Translations under genes and position numbers: made by a program | From: Balanoglossus misakiensis | Taxonomy: Eukaryota > Animalia > Hemichordata | Direction of reading: 5' to 3' | Assembly (NCBI GenBank): GCA_040954595.2 | Contig: CM082582.2 | Location: forward strand, 11,275,483-11,339,482 | Length of the DNA stretch: 64,000 nucleotides | Part shown: piece after piece, positions 42,778 to 57,064 of the stretch | How positions within the stretch are numbered: the stretch's first letter is position 1 | Layout: the number at the start of each line of letters is the position of its first letter | The notes under the pieces: generated by a model | What the model saw: the letters and a program-made list of their open reading frames with translations, nothing else | Told to the model about the DNA's origin: nothing | Database searches by the model: none

Positions 42778-45001
42778 AAATACCCCCTGTTTAACAAGGA
42801 CACGGTGGAGAGATTTTCCACCTGCGAGCATGAGCAGATCATTCGGAACGTCTTCGAGAGTATATTACGATTTGTAACATTTGCCATTCAAACGTTGAAT
42901 CAGACTATATGAGGACACGCGGAGACCCCGGAAATGGCGTACTTATTTGCATATACAGTATTCACAGTGTAGATCGGTTATGCAAAGCAAGATGGCAGCC
43001 CGAAAGATAAACGTCAACAAACAGCAAAATCCAGTTGTGTTTAGGGTCACCCCAGTCATCTTACTTCGGCAATGAATGATATTTACTTTTTCATATTTGA
43101 TTGGCGCATGTCCTTGACCTTTTGAAATAAAAATATCACCAAAACAATTTACCTTGGAGCTCTCTCCAAAGTGTTTACAAAAACAAACGGTACCAATTAT
43201 GGGGGGATGTTGTATATATGATAATCACGTTTCTCATTACATATTTTTCATTACATATTTACATATACAAATTTTATTACATTAACATATTGTAACCAAT
43301 TTCTTTTAAGTGTGTGTCGAATTTTAGACTACCATTCCAAGATGTGTAATGTTATGTCTTTCTGAAAACATCAGAGTAATTTTACAAAAGCACAGACTGC
43401 CAGGAGACAACTTTTAAGTTTAACGTTTTTCTAGAAAGTTCGCTGTAGCGCGCTGACCTCAGCCTAGTGATTGCATAAGACTTGCTGTGAGTTTGAATGG
43501 CTGGGTTCAGTTCTTTTTCATTTGCATATTGATATGTATACACCTGGCATTTACTACTTAGGTGAAGTTGATTGACCTAGTAGTGTAGAAATTTAAATAC
43601 TCGGGTCAAGCAGACCCAATCAGCTTTAGCAGTTGTGAATATGCTGTCAGCTGGACCATGCATCAGAGCTCTGTCTGGATTTTGGCAGTGGACGTGTTCA
43701 CAACTCACTGGAAGTGCATACAAGACAGAACTCCACCAGTTTCTGTCTATCTACTCGCCATTAAAGGACTAGTCCGGCAATTTCCGGTCCTGAAGACTGT
43801 GTGTAAAGCTTGCAACTGTCAACTCTTCAGCAAGCCTCCCTACAGTGGATCGATATCATTTCTGCAACAATGCAAGTCGTGTACGTGTAGTCACTACCTG
43901 CCACTCGCCGAATCCGCGCATCGAGCAAGTCCTACGCATCACTCGTCTCGGATCCCGTCTAGGACCAATTCCCACGCAAGCCATGCTTCGCGCACGGAGC
44001 TTTGCAAGGCAAGACAAGAGACTGAATTTAGACTTTATGTGAATTTTGTCAACACCATAATTTTCTGGTGTAGGTTCATCCTGCAGTGTTTGTTAATCAT
44101 TGTTCAGTATAGTTTTCTAGTGGAATTATAGGTCTTTGACCAAAATAACCGTAATTCGCTCTGTGTCGGTGTGCCTTCCTCCATCCCAATATTCCACCCA
44201 TGCCCGTCATTTTCCGACGGGGAATAAATTACGTCGCAGCTGTGCCGTATATTTTGACCATTTGATATTGTTGGGGACTGTTTTGACACGGGGACTATTT
44301 GCTCTTCATAAGTTATCGTCAATGTCATCCCAAAGCGTGGGAAGCCCATTCACTCTTTCTATCTCAGTCCCGATAGAATGATTCGGTTTGTTTTCGAATG
44401 AAAACAAAATTATTCATAGTCTACTTGACACTGTTTATCAGTGTTTTTTTCTAGCATATTAATTATGGATTGTCCATGCTGGCTGCCGTTCGGAGATAAA
44501 GTTCACTGAATAATTCATGCGGTACTATAACGTATGCATAAGGATACTCAGCACGATGTTAACTTTCACCAACGGTCCTGGAGGTGTTGGGAATAACGAG
44601 AGATGTGGGTAATCAGTCAGTTGAGGTTTGTTTGGATGAAAATATGTTATTTTCATGTCCCTTTAATGCTATCTAACATGACGAAATTAACCAATTTTTT
44701 TCCCAAAGAAGCTTTAAATTGCATACGTTATCGTACTATATGAATTATTCTAACCCTCGGGTGCCACGATAATTGGCTTTTGCCAGTTTGGAGATAGTTG
44801 ACTGACTGACTCGTCTCTGTCGTCCTGCAAATTTCAGTTGCCGAGGTCGATCACGTGACCGGTGCGATTAGAAGTTATTAGACAGTGCATTTGTCCATCG
44901 CATGAAGCTTACATATTATGATACTGGCCATTTCTCTGGTTAGATACACTGGCACTGCGCACGGTATAACAGGTGCTAGACTCTTACTTGTCCTGAACAA
45001 T

Positions 45002-48000
45002 ATGGGCCTACAGATTCATGACGCTCCTGCTGACATAAAATCTCGCGGTCCCGGCGAAAGAAACTGCGGCAATCTCGTCAAACGATTCGGGATGTCGACA
45101 ACGTGCCACGGACTTCCAAAAATCATCGTCGGCGACTCGTTACCAAAGAAGTTGACCTGGCTGGCTATATTCCTTACCGCGGTGGGAGTCTTTACATTCC
45201 AAGCAAGCGAGCTCGTCAAACTGTTCCTGGAGTATGACGTCAGGGTGAACATTGAGATCGGAACGGCGCCCAGTTTGCCCTTCCCGGCGGTGACGATCTG
45301 CAACACCAACAAGCTGCGGCTGTCGGCGATCGAAAAAAGTGAGCACAGACCTCTGGCAACGACGGATCCCGACCACCGGGACAGTATTCACAGGCTTCTA
45401 TCATATGACGGTAGGTTCTCTGATCAGCTTTTGTGAATGCCATTGCACCATACCGTACGCATGTATTACCTTGGGTTTTATTAAATATATCATGTTTCAT
45501 GTTTTTTTTCCAACCGGAGATTAATTTTAAATATAAAAGGATATCAACTCATGTTATCATGGACCCCTATACATAATTTTCTTTGTTTGCTTCCTTCAGT
45601 CCCTTGTTTATATGGAGATTACGAATGTGCTGACGGTCAACGCTGCATCAAACAACATTTGAGATGCGATGGTTATTTCCACTGCTGGGATGGCTTCAGT
45701 GACGAAGTCAACTGTAATTATCGTAAGTGCATTCATAATTAGCTTCAATCATAATTTCGCGATTTGGGAGTTGGGACTTTTCATCTGTAACCCGAGACCT
45801 TCACGTTAACATATTGAAGTTTTCATTATTAATAATTGTGTACATTGAGAAGAAAATTGCTTATATTTGACTTTTAACAACAAGAAGTTGCTGAATTATT
45901 TACTTAATGTGTTTCCCCCAGCACCATGTGGCGATGAAGAGTTCACCTGTCACCGAGCAGGTTTCCATGGTATTTGCATCCCTGAAGGAAAGCGTTGCGA
46001 TGGCTTCGATCATTGCCCAGACGGAGAAGATGAACAGAACTGTCGTAAGTATTTACGCCAATAGAGCAAAGCTTCCATCGTGCATTTTCTCGTTCTTCGT
46101 GCTGTTTTGGCAATCACGATATCAAGATACTGTGTGCAACTTTCAATATTTTTTGTTTTATTCCTACTTGACCAGCTGTGTGCTCCGGTGGTCTTCCTTG
46201 TGACTTTGGACTTGGTGCTTCCGGTTACAAGTGTGTGCCAGTCGACAGAAAGTGTGATCGGTTTCCCGACTGTGTTGACGGAACCGATGAAAGTGGTTGC
46301 GATTTTGGTGAGTTGTTTTTACTACGAATTCAGCAATTACCATTTGGCTAACAATCGATCATGTGAGGAGTTTGATTGCATTTTTGATGTTTTCTTTTAC
46401 AGGGGACGACTGCATGCTAGGGATGATGTTAGCCACGAAAACCCCGTCGATATTGTACTCGCCAAATTATCCCTCAAACTATAAGAATAATATGTCGTGT
46501 ACAACACACGTGACAATACAGAATAAGGGACAGTGGTACGGGGGAGATGATGATGCCTGTATCTTAGTTTCCTTTTTGGAGCTGGACATCGAGCAGAGTG
46601 TAAACTGTGAAAATGACTACGTCGAGGTTGGTTGCCATACCATCAGTTAGTTGTCTTCTATTTTGTTATACCTTGTCACTTGTACTATCAATTTTTATAC
46701 ACCATCCGTTATGGACAGAATTTGTGCGGTTGTTAAAAGGCAATAGTGAACCAGAAAGAGCATTAAGGTTGTATAATATTACTGCTATCCATTCTTATTA
46801 CCTTGTGAAACAGACTGAAGATTTCGAAAACGCGAATATTACTGTACGATATTGCGGAAGCAAGACGCCGCCATCTTGGATTTCGTCATCGAGTGACGTC
46901 ACCATCAAATTCGTCACGAACAGCAACGTTGCTGGCAGGGGTTATCGTGTCCAGTACTCATCGACCAGTTGTCCTTCATCGCGTTACTGGGAAGTTTCTC
47001 CTTGGAGTGAGGTTGGTACAGTGGTTGTGTGAATGACCATGTATGTATCAATGTTGTTCCTTCTTTTACTGAATGGTTAATATTGGAGCCCACCAATTAA
47101 TGTAAAGTTCAAGGCTTACAGTGTGCAACTCTCATTTCTCTATCCAGTGTACAAAGACCTGTGGTGGAGGGTACCGACACCGTGGCATTGCTTGCAATCA
47201 CGAGGGATCCATATCCAATCTTCCTTCGAATGACACTCAAGCAACGAAGCAATCAGACCTTGACGACGTCTTCGAAGTCGACCACGCTGCCATCTCTCTG
47301 TGTAAACCACCCGGGTCATTGCCTGTGACCGCAGAGTCTTGTGAAACCACATTGTGTCCTGGAGGTAAGTTACAAGTGCTGTTTGAAGCTCGAAGTATAG
47401 TAATTCACCCATACGCACCACTGAACTTGGTCGATTGAATCAGTTTTCTTTATAAAACATCCCATTTTTCGCCCATATTTGTATATTTTCAGAAGATTAT
47501 TGCGGCGAGGTGCTGAACGAATGTTGCAAGGAAATCACGTCACCAGGGTTTCCAAACACTTATCCGCCCGATGTGGACTGTGTTACAGAGATTATCAACG
47601 ATGGAGGGTGTATTGTTCTCAGTGTGATTGAACTGGACATTGTGGACAGTGAGGATTGTCATAAGGATTATCTCGAGGTATACTTAATTTGGGGAGTTAT
47701 AGCATGATAAATGAAATAGACCATACATGCACCCGTTTATCATGTTCGCCACACAGTTGTATCATTCTCCAGCACCTTATGGTGTAAGTTTTAATAGAAA
47801 CCGTTTTGTTCATATCAAACAGTATGGTGAAATTCAACCGGACGGAAGTACAAGAAGGCAACGATTTTGTGGACGACAATCTGGCTTGCGAATGATGTCG
47901 TCATCAAGTTCGGTTCGTCTGATGTTCCATTCTGATAGCGTTGCAACTGGTAGTGGATTTAGAGCATCGTATGAATTTGTACCGTGTGGAACTTGGCACA

Positions 48001-51000
48001 TGTCCCCATGGAGCCAGTGTTCGGTGACTTGTGGATTCGGGAAACAAGTCAGGCGTGTTCTGTGTATCAGCCGAACGGACACGAAGCCAATCGAAGATCA
48101 CTTCTGCCACGAGGAAAAGCCTGCATCAGATCAAATGTGCGATCAAATTTGCAGAGGTACGTAATATAGTTTAAAAAGGTAGAAAACTGCGCTTTATATG
48201 GATTGCAGCTGTTGACCAATTGATCTGTTTTCAGTGTGACACTTAGTTTATATATTGTACTAGACCTCAGATGTACAATTTATTGAAACCCAAAGCCTTC
48301 AGCTGGAAAGAATAAGAGGGCTGAATGTACCATCTGATCAGCACGACTACAAAACAATCCTTGGTGAACTCTCAATATTTTATGCTCACTTCGAGTCTTT
48401 TTTTCTGTATAAAGTTCCCATGCCCCCTACCGACTTACGCAACGATTTCTGGGAAATTTACGAGAACCACAGACACATCACCGAAGATGTAAATATGTAC
48501 ACGGATTTCCTGGACAACTTCTACAAACCCAATAATTTCGATCGTGTCGACAACGTTCCACATCCTAACTGGATAGGTGAGTCTGCATCATTGAAGCAGT
48601 GACGCTTTTATAGCAAAAACTCGTCCACGGAGTAATGAGAATGTCGTGAATATCCAACAATTTAAATGTTTCGCTCTTGCAAATGAGTAATGCGGAGATA
48701 ATACGATACAATTTCCAGTGATTGGTTTTATGGATTGTTAACAACTGATAAGCGTTTTTTTCTGGTTATCAAAATTATTTACAGATTTTTTGGCATTCAG
48801 CTCAAGTCCCGATTACAGCGACTTGCGAAATGTGCTGCGCCTGAACAGGGACGAAGTTGCCAGGTTTGGACACCAAGCTGAAGACTTCATCATACAGTGT
48901 TCGTTCGATGAAATCCGCTGTGACTATACGTGAGTGTGTTCACTTAATGTTTCCGTGGCCTGTCCAATATTTTGTACACATTATTGTGCTTTACATTGCT
49001 TCGAGCATCATCATCGACGAGGTAGTTACTGGTAACCGAACGTTGAGTTCAGTTATTGATCATTTGTACTCGACTAATTTTGGCAGGGACTTCCACGCGT
49101 TCGAAAACGATTACTATGGCAACTGCTTCACCTTCAACAGTTGGCAGCTGAACAATCACAGTCAACTGAATTCTACGAGACCAGGAAGTCGATATGGTAG
49201 GTACTATTGCTCTAATGAAATACAATGTTAAATAGTATAGTCTTGGTTGAAAATGTGAACTCGACTGGATACTCAAAGCAGCACCATCTACTACATGAGT
49301 CTTATACACTCCATCAAGTTCATGAAAGGATTTCTAATTGATAATTTTATGCATTGTATGAATTTGTTTTGCGCGTTTTATGATCAATTCGATAAACCAA
49401 AAGCAAAATCTCTCCAGGTTTGAAGCTAACACTGTTTGTCGAGCAAGAGGAATACATACCACTGTATGGGCAGGATGCTGGCGTGCGTGTGTTAATTCAC
49501 CCTGCTGATGTCACACCGTTTCCTGAAGATGAAGGCATCACCATTTCCGCTGGTTTTAAGACATCTGTTGGAGTAAGAATGGTGAGATTATTTCCCTGCT
49601 CGTTTTCAATACTTGCCATGTACATACATTCACACATACATATATGACAGGATACAAATGAGTTAATATCATGGGGAGAACATACTCTTGGACAACTTAC
49701 CATAACTATCTTCCGTGTATTTTATTTCCTGTAGGACACTATAGCAGGTCCAAGCAAGCCATACACAAATTGTAGTGATCAACATGATTTCAAATCAATC
49801 TATGGGACAGGATATCAGTATTCAGATTTGGTGAGTATTTGGTCTTCAGGATGAAGCTAGTAATCTTGTAGTATCGTCCTATGGTCATTACTGTGATGTA
49901 CCAGAGAATAGTTCACGTCATCAGAAATGGGCTCGTTGTAGATATTACATTTTTTATTGCAGGCTTGCCACAAGACCAGATTTCAGGAATACATCCGCGA
50001 CGAATGTGGTTGTGTTGATACTATGTACATGGAGGGCAAATCTTGTAACGTCGCAAATTATAAAGAAGGTAAGAAAGCAATTTTCTTTTTACTTGTTATT
50101 TCTGTTAACTTAGTAGATGTGCAACAATGCTTGATATTGTACACATTTTTCTAACAGAAATGTGCCGACAATTAATGGAGTTTTTCTACCAGAGAGGTTT
50201 GTTGTCGAATGACTGTAAAGAACCCTGCAAGTAAGTGAATTACCCTACATTACTCGATATCAACTCATTCATTCTACTCACAATATGATTAATCTTTATA
50301 TGTAAGCGTTAACTACAGGAAAAGCAGGTGATCTTTGGGCCAGTTTATGACAACCCTTTAACCTTTTTATCGTTCTTAGAAAAGTACAGTACAGCAAAAT
50401 GGCGTCTCAGTCACAATGGCCATCCAATAAACATGTGGTAAGTGTTTCTTGCCAAAAGGTATTTCTCAATATTACGTAAGATGTGTTAATTTTGAGTGTT
50501 TGGCTCATGAATGTACTAGGCCAGCCACACAAAGTCAATATTGAACTTCGTCTATTTCAGGGTGGTTTAATAAAAGTATTGCGTCCACTAAACGAAAAAC
50601 TTCGAAATAATGTTATAGATGCAAAGTCGGCGAGGTAAGGGTTGTTTTATTTCCATTTTGATAGTCATATGATGAAAAATCTGCATGTTTCCTTAACGTG
50701 ACCTTCAGAAATATGGCTGACAGGATTGTGACCGGTTGTTATAATGCAAAATAGTGGATATTGTTTTCTTTTTATCTTGCAGAGACAACCTAATACGTCT
50801 TGAAGTTTACTTTGAAGAACTTAATTATAAGAAGATCTCCAAGTTACCCGCATATACGGTATGTTATCGATTGCAATTGCTATGGACATTTACACAAATT
50901 TCAGTCACAATTCGTGGCAGTGTGCGTTTATATCTACCGCCGTAATTATCTTTCAACAGATTGAGGAACTTCTGGCAGATGTCGGCGGTATACTTGGCCT

Positions 51001-51118
51001 CTACATTGGCATGTCGTTAATAACTGCTGTTGAAGTTCTGGATTTCTTCGTGGCTGTTTTACGTCATCTTATGCGCAGGGCAGGAAACAGAAATGTTCCA
51101 GACGCCAGCTCTATTTGA
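45002..51118 (+). CDS. DEG/ENaC subunit C with LDLa x3-CUB-TSP1-CUB-TSP1 insert, 20 coding exons
   Basis: Exon 1 [12 protein letters not shown]1, [10 protein letters not shown] (an upstream in-frame ATG exists at 44918). Insert exons about 45600-48157. [48 protein letters not shown]2 [22 protein letters not shown], ends ASSI*. Confidence 0.93.
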
Positions 51119-52127
51119 AAACGTCTTGGTTTTGGTTTAGGAATGTGTCTGCCTTTTGTGCAAACGGCTGCAGTTATTGGTTTGATTGGTATTGTTATTT
51201 CACAATGGTTGTGACGATGCTGGTTCTCAAAAGTTGATTAATTAATTTAGTGATTCACCAAAGTCAAACAAATCAGAACTGCCTAATTGACTCGAGGGTA
51301 TGAATGAAAACGCAGTGATTACTGCCAGTTCAAAGTCATTGTTAAAAGGGACAAACTGGACTACGGCATCAAGATGAGGATTATTGCTCCTACTCAAATA
51401 ATAATTCTGAACAGGATCTGGTACTCTGATGAACCTCTTTTACAATGTCATGTAGTTGTTTGTCTTTTACACTCAATCTGCATAAAAGTAATTAAATTAT
51501 TCAAAAGGTCACACGTTCAAACACCACAAAAATTGGTTTGATTTCTTGACTTCTATGCAAGGTTAACACCATAATGTGTAAATTGTTCTCGAGGACCACA
51601 GAGTGCCCATGAATGAACAAGTTTTCAGTGCGAGTTGTGTGCAATCGACTCGACATTATTGTACATGTCATATGATGAGCTGTTGTCGAAACCAGCTACC
51701 CTAAAAATGCTGTCCACATTTTTTTTCAGGCATAAAACTGCTGTTGTTGCTGGTTTTTGTTTGTTTTGTATTTACAGTTCTGGGTAACTTCATCATTGGA
51801 CTTGTCGACCAAGGAAGCCTTCATGCGCATGGGCATCGTTGCTACTGTAGGCCTGAGTTGTTGATTGCTGGAGGTATAGCCAGCCTTCAACTAAAATAAC
51901 AACCAGTGACAAAAAATGCTGGCTGTTCGCGCCCGTATGCACGTACAATGTACCGTATACGTAATGGTAATTAGAGGTTCGTCCTTTTGAATTCTACCAA
52001 TTATACATATGTAATACGTGACGCCTTCACTTGAGGCGAATAATTGGTGCCCGGACTTATATTAGACACCGGAGAGTCTATTATCTGTGATAGCTACGGA
52101 GACAGGGAACTACGGACGGAAAACATC

Positions 52128-55100
52128 ATGTCTCTGCCTAATGTTAATGTCACGGAGACATCAAGCGATGTCGCAGCCGAGTCGGATCGAGAACACTTCG
52201 GTTATCTGCTCAGAAATTTCGGAGAGACGGCCACCTGCCACGGTCTACCCCGGATAATTATCAGTCGGTCTCTGTCGAAGAAGCTCGTCTGGCTGCTCAT
52301 TTTTCTGGTTGCCATGGGAGGTTTTACATTCCAGGCCTACGAACTTATCAAACTGTTCCTCGCGTACGACGTCAGAGTGAACATCGAGATTGGCACCGCC
52401 GCCAAACTGGCTTTTCCAGCCGTCACCATTTGCAACGCGAACAAGCTGCGACTGTCAGAAATTGAAAAAAGCGAACACTCGCCGTTGGCGAAGACGGACC
52501 CCGAGCACCCGGACAGTATCCACAAGCTTCTGTCCTATGAAAGTAAGTCATGGTAATCTAATTCTGGTACTCTATAGTTAAGCCATAATTTAAACTAAGA
52601 GTCCTGTTTTAAACACTATAAATAGTTGCAATTGTGTTTATTAATTGAGCTATAAAGGATGTTATCCCACAATACATTGACCGCAGGTTACCATGATGAT
52701 AGTCTGACGGATGACTGTCCAAACAAGTCAATAAATACATCGTGTTTTTGTACAGGAATGTCGCTTCAAATTCACCTTTTCTCTCAATATTCACAATGTA
52801 TGCAAAGTTAATATCACTCACTGTATCACTGCACTGTGTTACCAACCCGTAATATGTGCACAAACGCTGCTATTGTTGTCATCTGTGATGAGCATATTGA
52901 TACTTGATTATTTATTGCTTTGTGTTGCCCCCGTCGCATACAGTGGTGGCTGTATGCTCATTTAATTCGTACCCGTTTAACCTCTCGGTGCGTGTCCTCA
53001 ATACGTTAGGCCCGTGCTTACATGGAGATTATGAATGTGCTGATAGGAAGCGTTGTATAAAGCAACATTTAAGATGTGATGGCTATTTCCACTGCTGGGA
53101 TGGTTTTAGTGATGAGAGCAACTGTACTTACAGTAAGTATGTTATAATTTGGAAGCTTTATGGAATGTGTTTAAGTTGTCTTTGATGAAATGTATAGCTT
53201 CCGAAAACCATGCAGGTAACACAACATGCAGTCCCACCATAATGACGGTTAATCTGACAAAGATCCATGTATGCCAACAGTACTTCTGAGAAAAGTAGCA
53301 TTCCTTTTCCAACCATGGCACCTTAATTAACATTTCTCCACCCAAAGCTAGGTGTGGTGAGGGTATGTTCAACTGTGGACAGGCCGGTTTCCATGGAATT
53401 TGCATTTCGGAGGAAAAACGATGCGATGGTGTCCGTGATTGTATTGGAGGCGAGGATGAGGAGAACTGTCGTGAGTACCTTTTGATGGAAATGTTTCACA
53501 AATCACTGTTTATCAATTTCTCGGACTGAATAATCAGAATGTTCTTGGTCTTTCTTGCCCGTTCTTGCTAATAATAGTTTGACGCCATTTGCAACAATTT
53601 AACCCTGTCGTGACCTTACTCTCCTCAGCCGTGTGTTTAGGAGGAGTCCCCTGTGACTTTGGACTTGAAAGTTCAGGTTACAAGTGCGTGCCAGTTGACA
53701 GTATGTGTGACCGATTCCCTGACTGCATTGACAGAAACGACGAAAGATACTGCTCTTTCTGTAAGTACCATATGGCTAATGCCAAGATCATCATCACTCT
53801 TGTTTATAACATATCAAATGACATATGTAATACTTCAGACTAATTCGGTGTTGTTGCAGTTGATGACTGCATAGATGGGCGGTTGCTGGCCTCGACAACT
53901 CCATCGATTTCGTATTCAACGAACTATCCGTCGGACTATGCAAACGATTACACGTGTGTGATGCATCTGACTGTTCCGCCGTTCAATTCTGGAGAAGAAA
54001 CTGAGGACTGCATCTTTCTGTCTTTCTTGGAACTCGATGTCGAACACAGTGAAGGCTGTCAGAAGGATTTCATTGAGGTTGTGTGGGTTTTTTCATATGT
54101 TAAATCTTCACGCTGGTGTTCTTCCATTAAACTTATTATCTCGCGTCAAACTGTTTATGCAAAATCTGCCATGTAGACAAAAATGACCGTTTACCGGAAA
54201 GAATGTTGTCATTTCTCTTTTGCCCCATTACCAGATCCGGGATTCTTCAAATCCGAACATCACTGTGCGATATTGCGGAAGTAGTATTCCGCCATCTTGG
54301 ATCTCGTCGTCAAGTGACGTCGTGATCACATTTGTCAGCGACAGCGATGTTACTGGCAGAGGTTATCGAATTCAATATTCATCGGTCAAATGCCAGTCAT
54401 CACACCACTGGGAGCTATCTCCTTGGAGCGAGGTCAGTTTACCATGCTGCAAAACGTATACTTTTGCAGTTCAAGTAGCCCCAACATCATGGCCCAACAA
54501 CTATCGGAAATAGTACCGGAAGTAGTCTTGGATAAAGTTTCCTATGACATGTTAAACGTAAACCTTACAGGATTGTCCAGAATTTTGTAAATTGACACAC
54601 TTACACGTAGATTAAACCTGCTTTTTTCTACGTATACTATAGTGCACTCATAGTTGTGGCGGAGGGCATCGGTTTCGCAACGTCCAATGTTCAGTCGTCA
54701 GCCCAGCAGAAGACACGGTGTGTGAACCCCCAGGGTCTTTGCCTGCTGCAGTGGAGTCGTGTAACAACGAGCCTTGTCCTGGGGGTAAGAAAATGAGCTT
54801 ATAAAAGTTTGTCAGATTGCAAAATGTGCCTCAAATGCGAAATATATTTTCATAAATTTGCACAATTTTTGTATATATAATCTGACACGTGTTTCCATAA
54901 AAAATAACCTCTTCATGTTTAATTTCAAAATGTAGATACTTTCTGTAATAAGCTGCTCACTGAGTGCTGTATGAATGTGACGTCACCGGGCTTTCCTAAC
55001 GATTATCCACCGGATGTGGATTGTGGGATAGACTTTCTCAACGAAGGAGGGTGTATAGTCCTTAGTATCACCGAAATTGACATTGTTGACAGTGAAGATT

Positions 55101-57032
55101 GTCATAAGGACTACCTGGAGGTAAGGGAGTGTTCATAAATTACTTCCGGGGAGCGAAGGATTTTCCATGCGAATTTCATTAATACCGTTTTCAAATTTCA
55201 TTTAATTTGTCTCGTTTGTCTTCTTCACACAATAGTATAGAGAATTCCAAACCGATGGAGGTGTACGAACAGAGCGTTTTTGTGGACAGCAGTCTGGCCT
55301 GCGAATGATGTCTCCGTCGAGTTCCGTCAGTCTGTTGTTCCATTCTGACAGCCTTGTGTCTGGCCGGGGATTCAGAGCGTCGTACGAGTTTGTACCCTGT
55401 GGAACGTGGCATATGTCTGAATGGAGCGAGGTATGAAATATGGTGCTTTCTGTTGAGTGTTTTACTTCCTCCCAGTAAGGGTGCCTGCTATTACAGTTAG
55501 TGGATGATATACAATATTTCGTTTAGATGACCTGTGCAAAGGCCAAACTGAAAGTTTCCCCTTTTCGGTTCTCTTTCCCTCCACGATTTGACTGTTTAGT
55601 GCAACGTGGCGTGTGGCTACGGCGAGCGAATCAGGCGTGTTGAGTGCATCAGCCGAACAGAGAATAACCGGATCGAGGACAGTTTCTGCCAGGGAGAGAA
55701 ACCGGCAGTACAACAGCCATGTGATCAAATATGTGGAGGTATTTTTTGCATTTCTTATGTACGTTTTTGTCACGCTCACACCACACCCCTTTGTTCAGCA
55801 TGTATTATGGTAATGCAGTGCGCCATCTGTTGTTGAACCCAGTTCCGACACCTGTGATCAGTTCCAGCTCCATCCGTACTGATTTATTTAAATTCTTTTG
55901 CAGTCAAAGAACCCCCGAAAAGTACGTACGACGACCTCGATTTCCTTACCCAGACACACAGACACATCACAGACGACATCGCGCTGTACTTGGACTTCTT
56001 AAACAATTACTACAAGTCGAATGATTTCGACCGCGTGGAGGAAGGAAACGATCCTGACTGGATAGGTAAGTGTCAAATGCGTACACAGGTTATGCAACGT
56101 CACTCGTTCAGCGATTCAGACAACACAGCAGTGGATGGCAAGCTAATTAGCGTGTAAAACAAGTATCGTGTTTTCTATCCACTATAGGATTCCTCTCGTT
56201 CAGTTCGAGTCCCGACTACAGCGACTTAAAGAAGGTGTTGCGCTTAACGAAGGAAGATGTTGCCAGGTATGGCCACCAAGCCGAAGATTTGATTCTACAG
56301 TGTTCATTCAACGAAGCATATTGTAACTACAGGCAAGTTAATGCGATCATTAAACTCGCGTCTCAAGTATACATGTACTTATACCAATTGCTAAATCCAT
56401 TTAAATACAGTCACATGTCCGTACATGCCAATACTAGTACCAAGAATGTAACTTGAAATTTTGTAATAAATCCTTTATAGAGGCAGCTCTCTATAATTGT
56501 AAAATTGCACATTTTTACCTCAATATTGTATTGACTGAGCAATCTTGCATTTTTTTTTCTGCAGCGACTTCTACGTATTTGAGAACGATCATTTCGGGAA
56601 CTGTTTCACCTTCAACAACTGGCAGCTGAATGGTCAAGATTTTCTGAACTCCAGAAGACCGGGAAATCGATACGGTAATCAATGTTCCATCTAATTATCC
56701 ATACTGTTTGTTAATATTGATGCGACTCTCCTTGTTTCATTCGTAAGTTAGCGATTTTTAAATTAAGGCATTTAACTATAAATTTGTCTGGTGATGCGTA
56801 AACTAATCCAACCGATTTTCTGTAGGTTTGAAGCTGACTTTGTTTATCGAACAAAACGAGTACATACCGCTGTACGGACAGGAAGCCGGCGTGCGTGTTT
56901 TGATTCACCACCCAAGCATCACACCCTTTCCGGAAGATGAGGGCATCACGGTCGCTCCTGGTCTGAAGACCTCCATCGCATTAAGATTGGTATGACATTA
57001 TATCCTAAAGTGAAAAATAATTTCTGGTGTTG

Positions 57033-57064
<32 letters not shown>

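Noticed and set aside
43658-44131. 157-aa ORF between channels B and C
   Set aside because: No recognisable domain. More likely promoter or 5'UTR of channel C.
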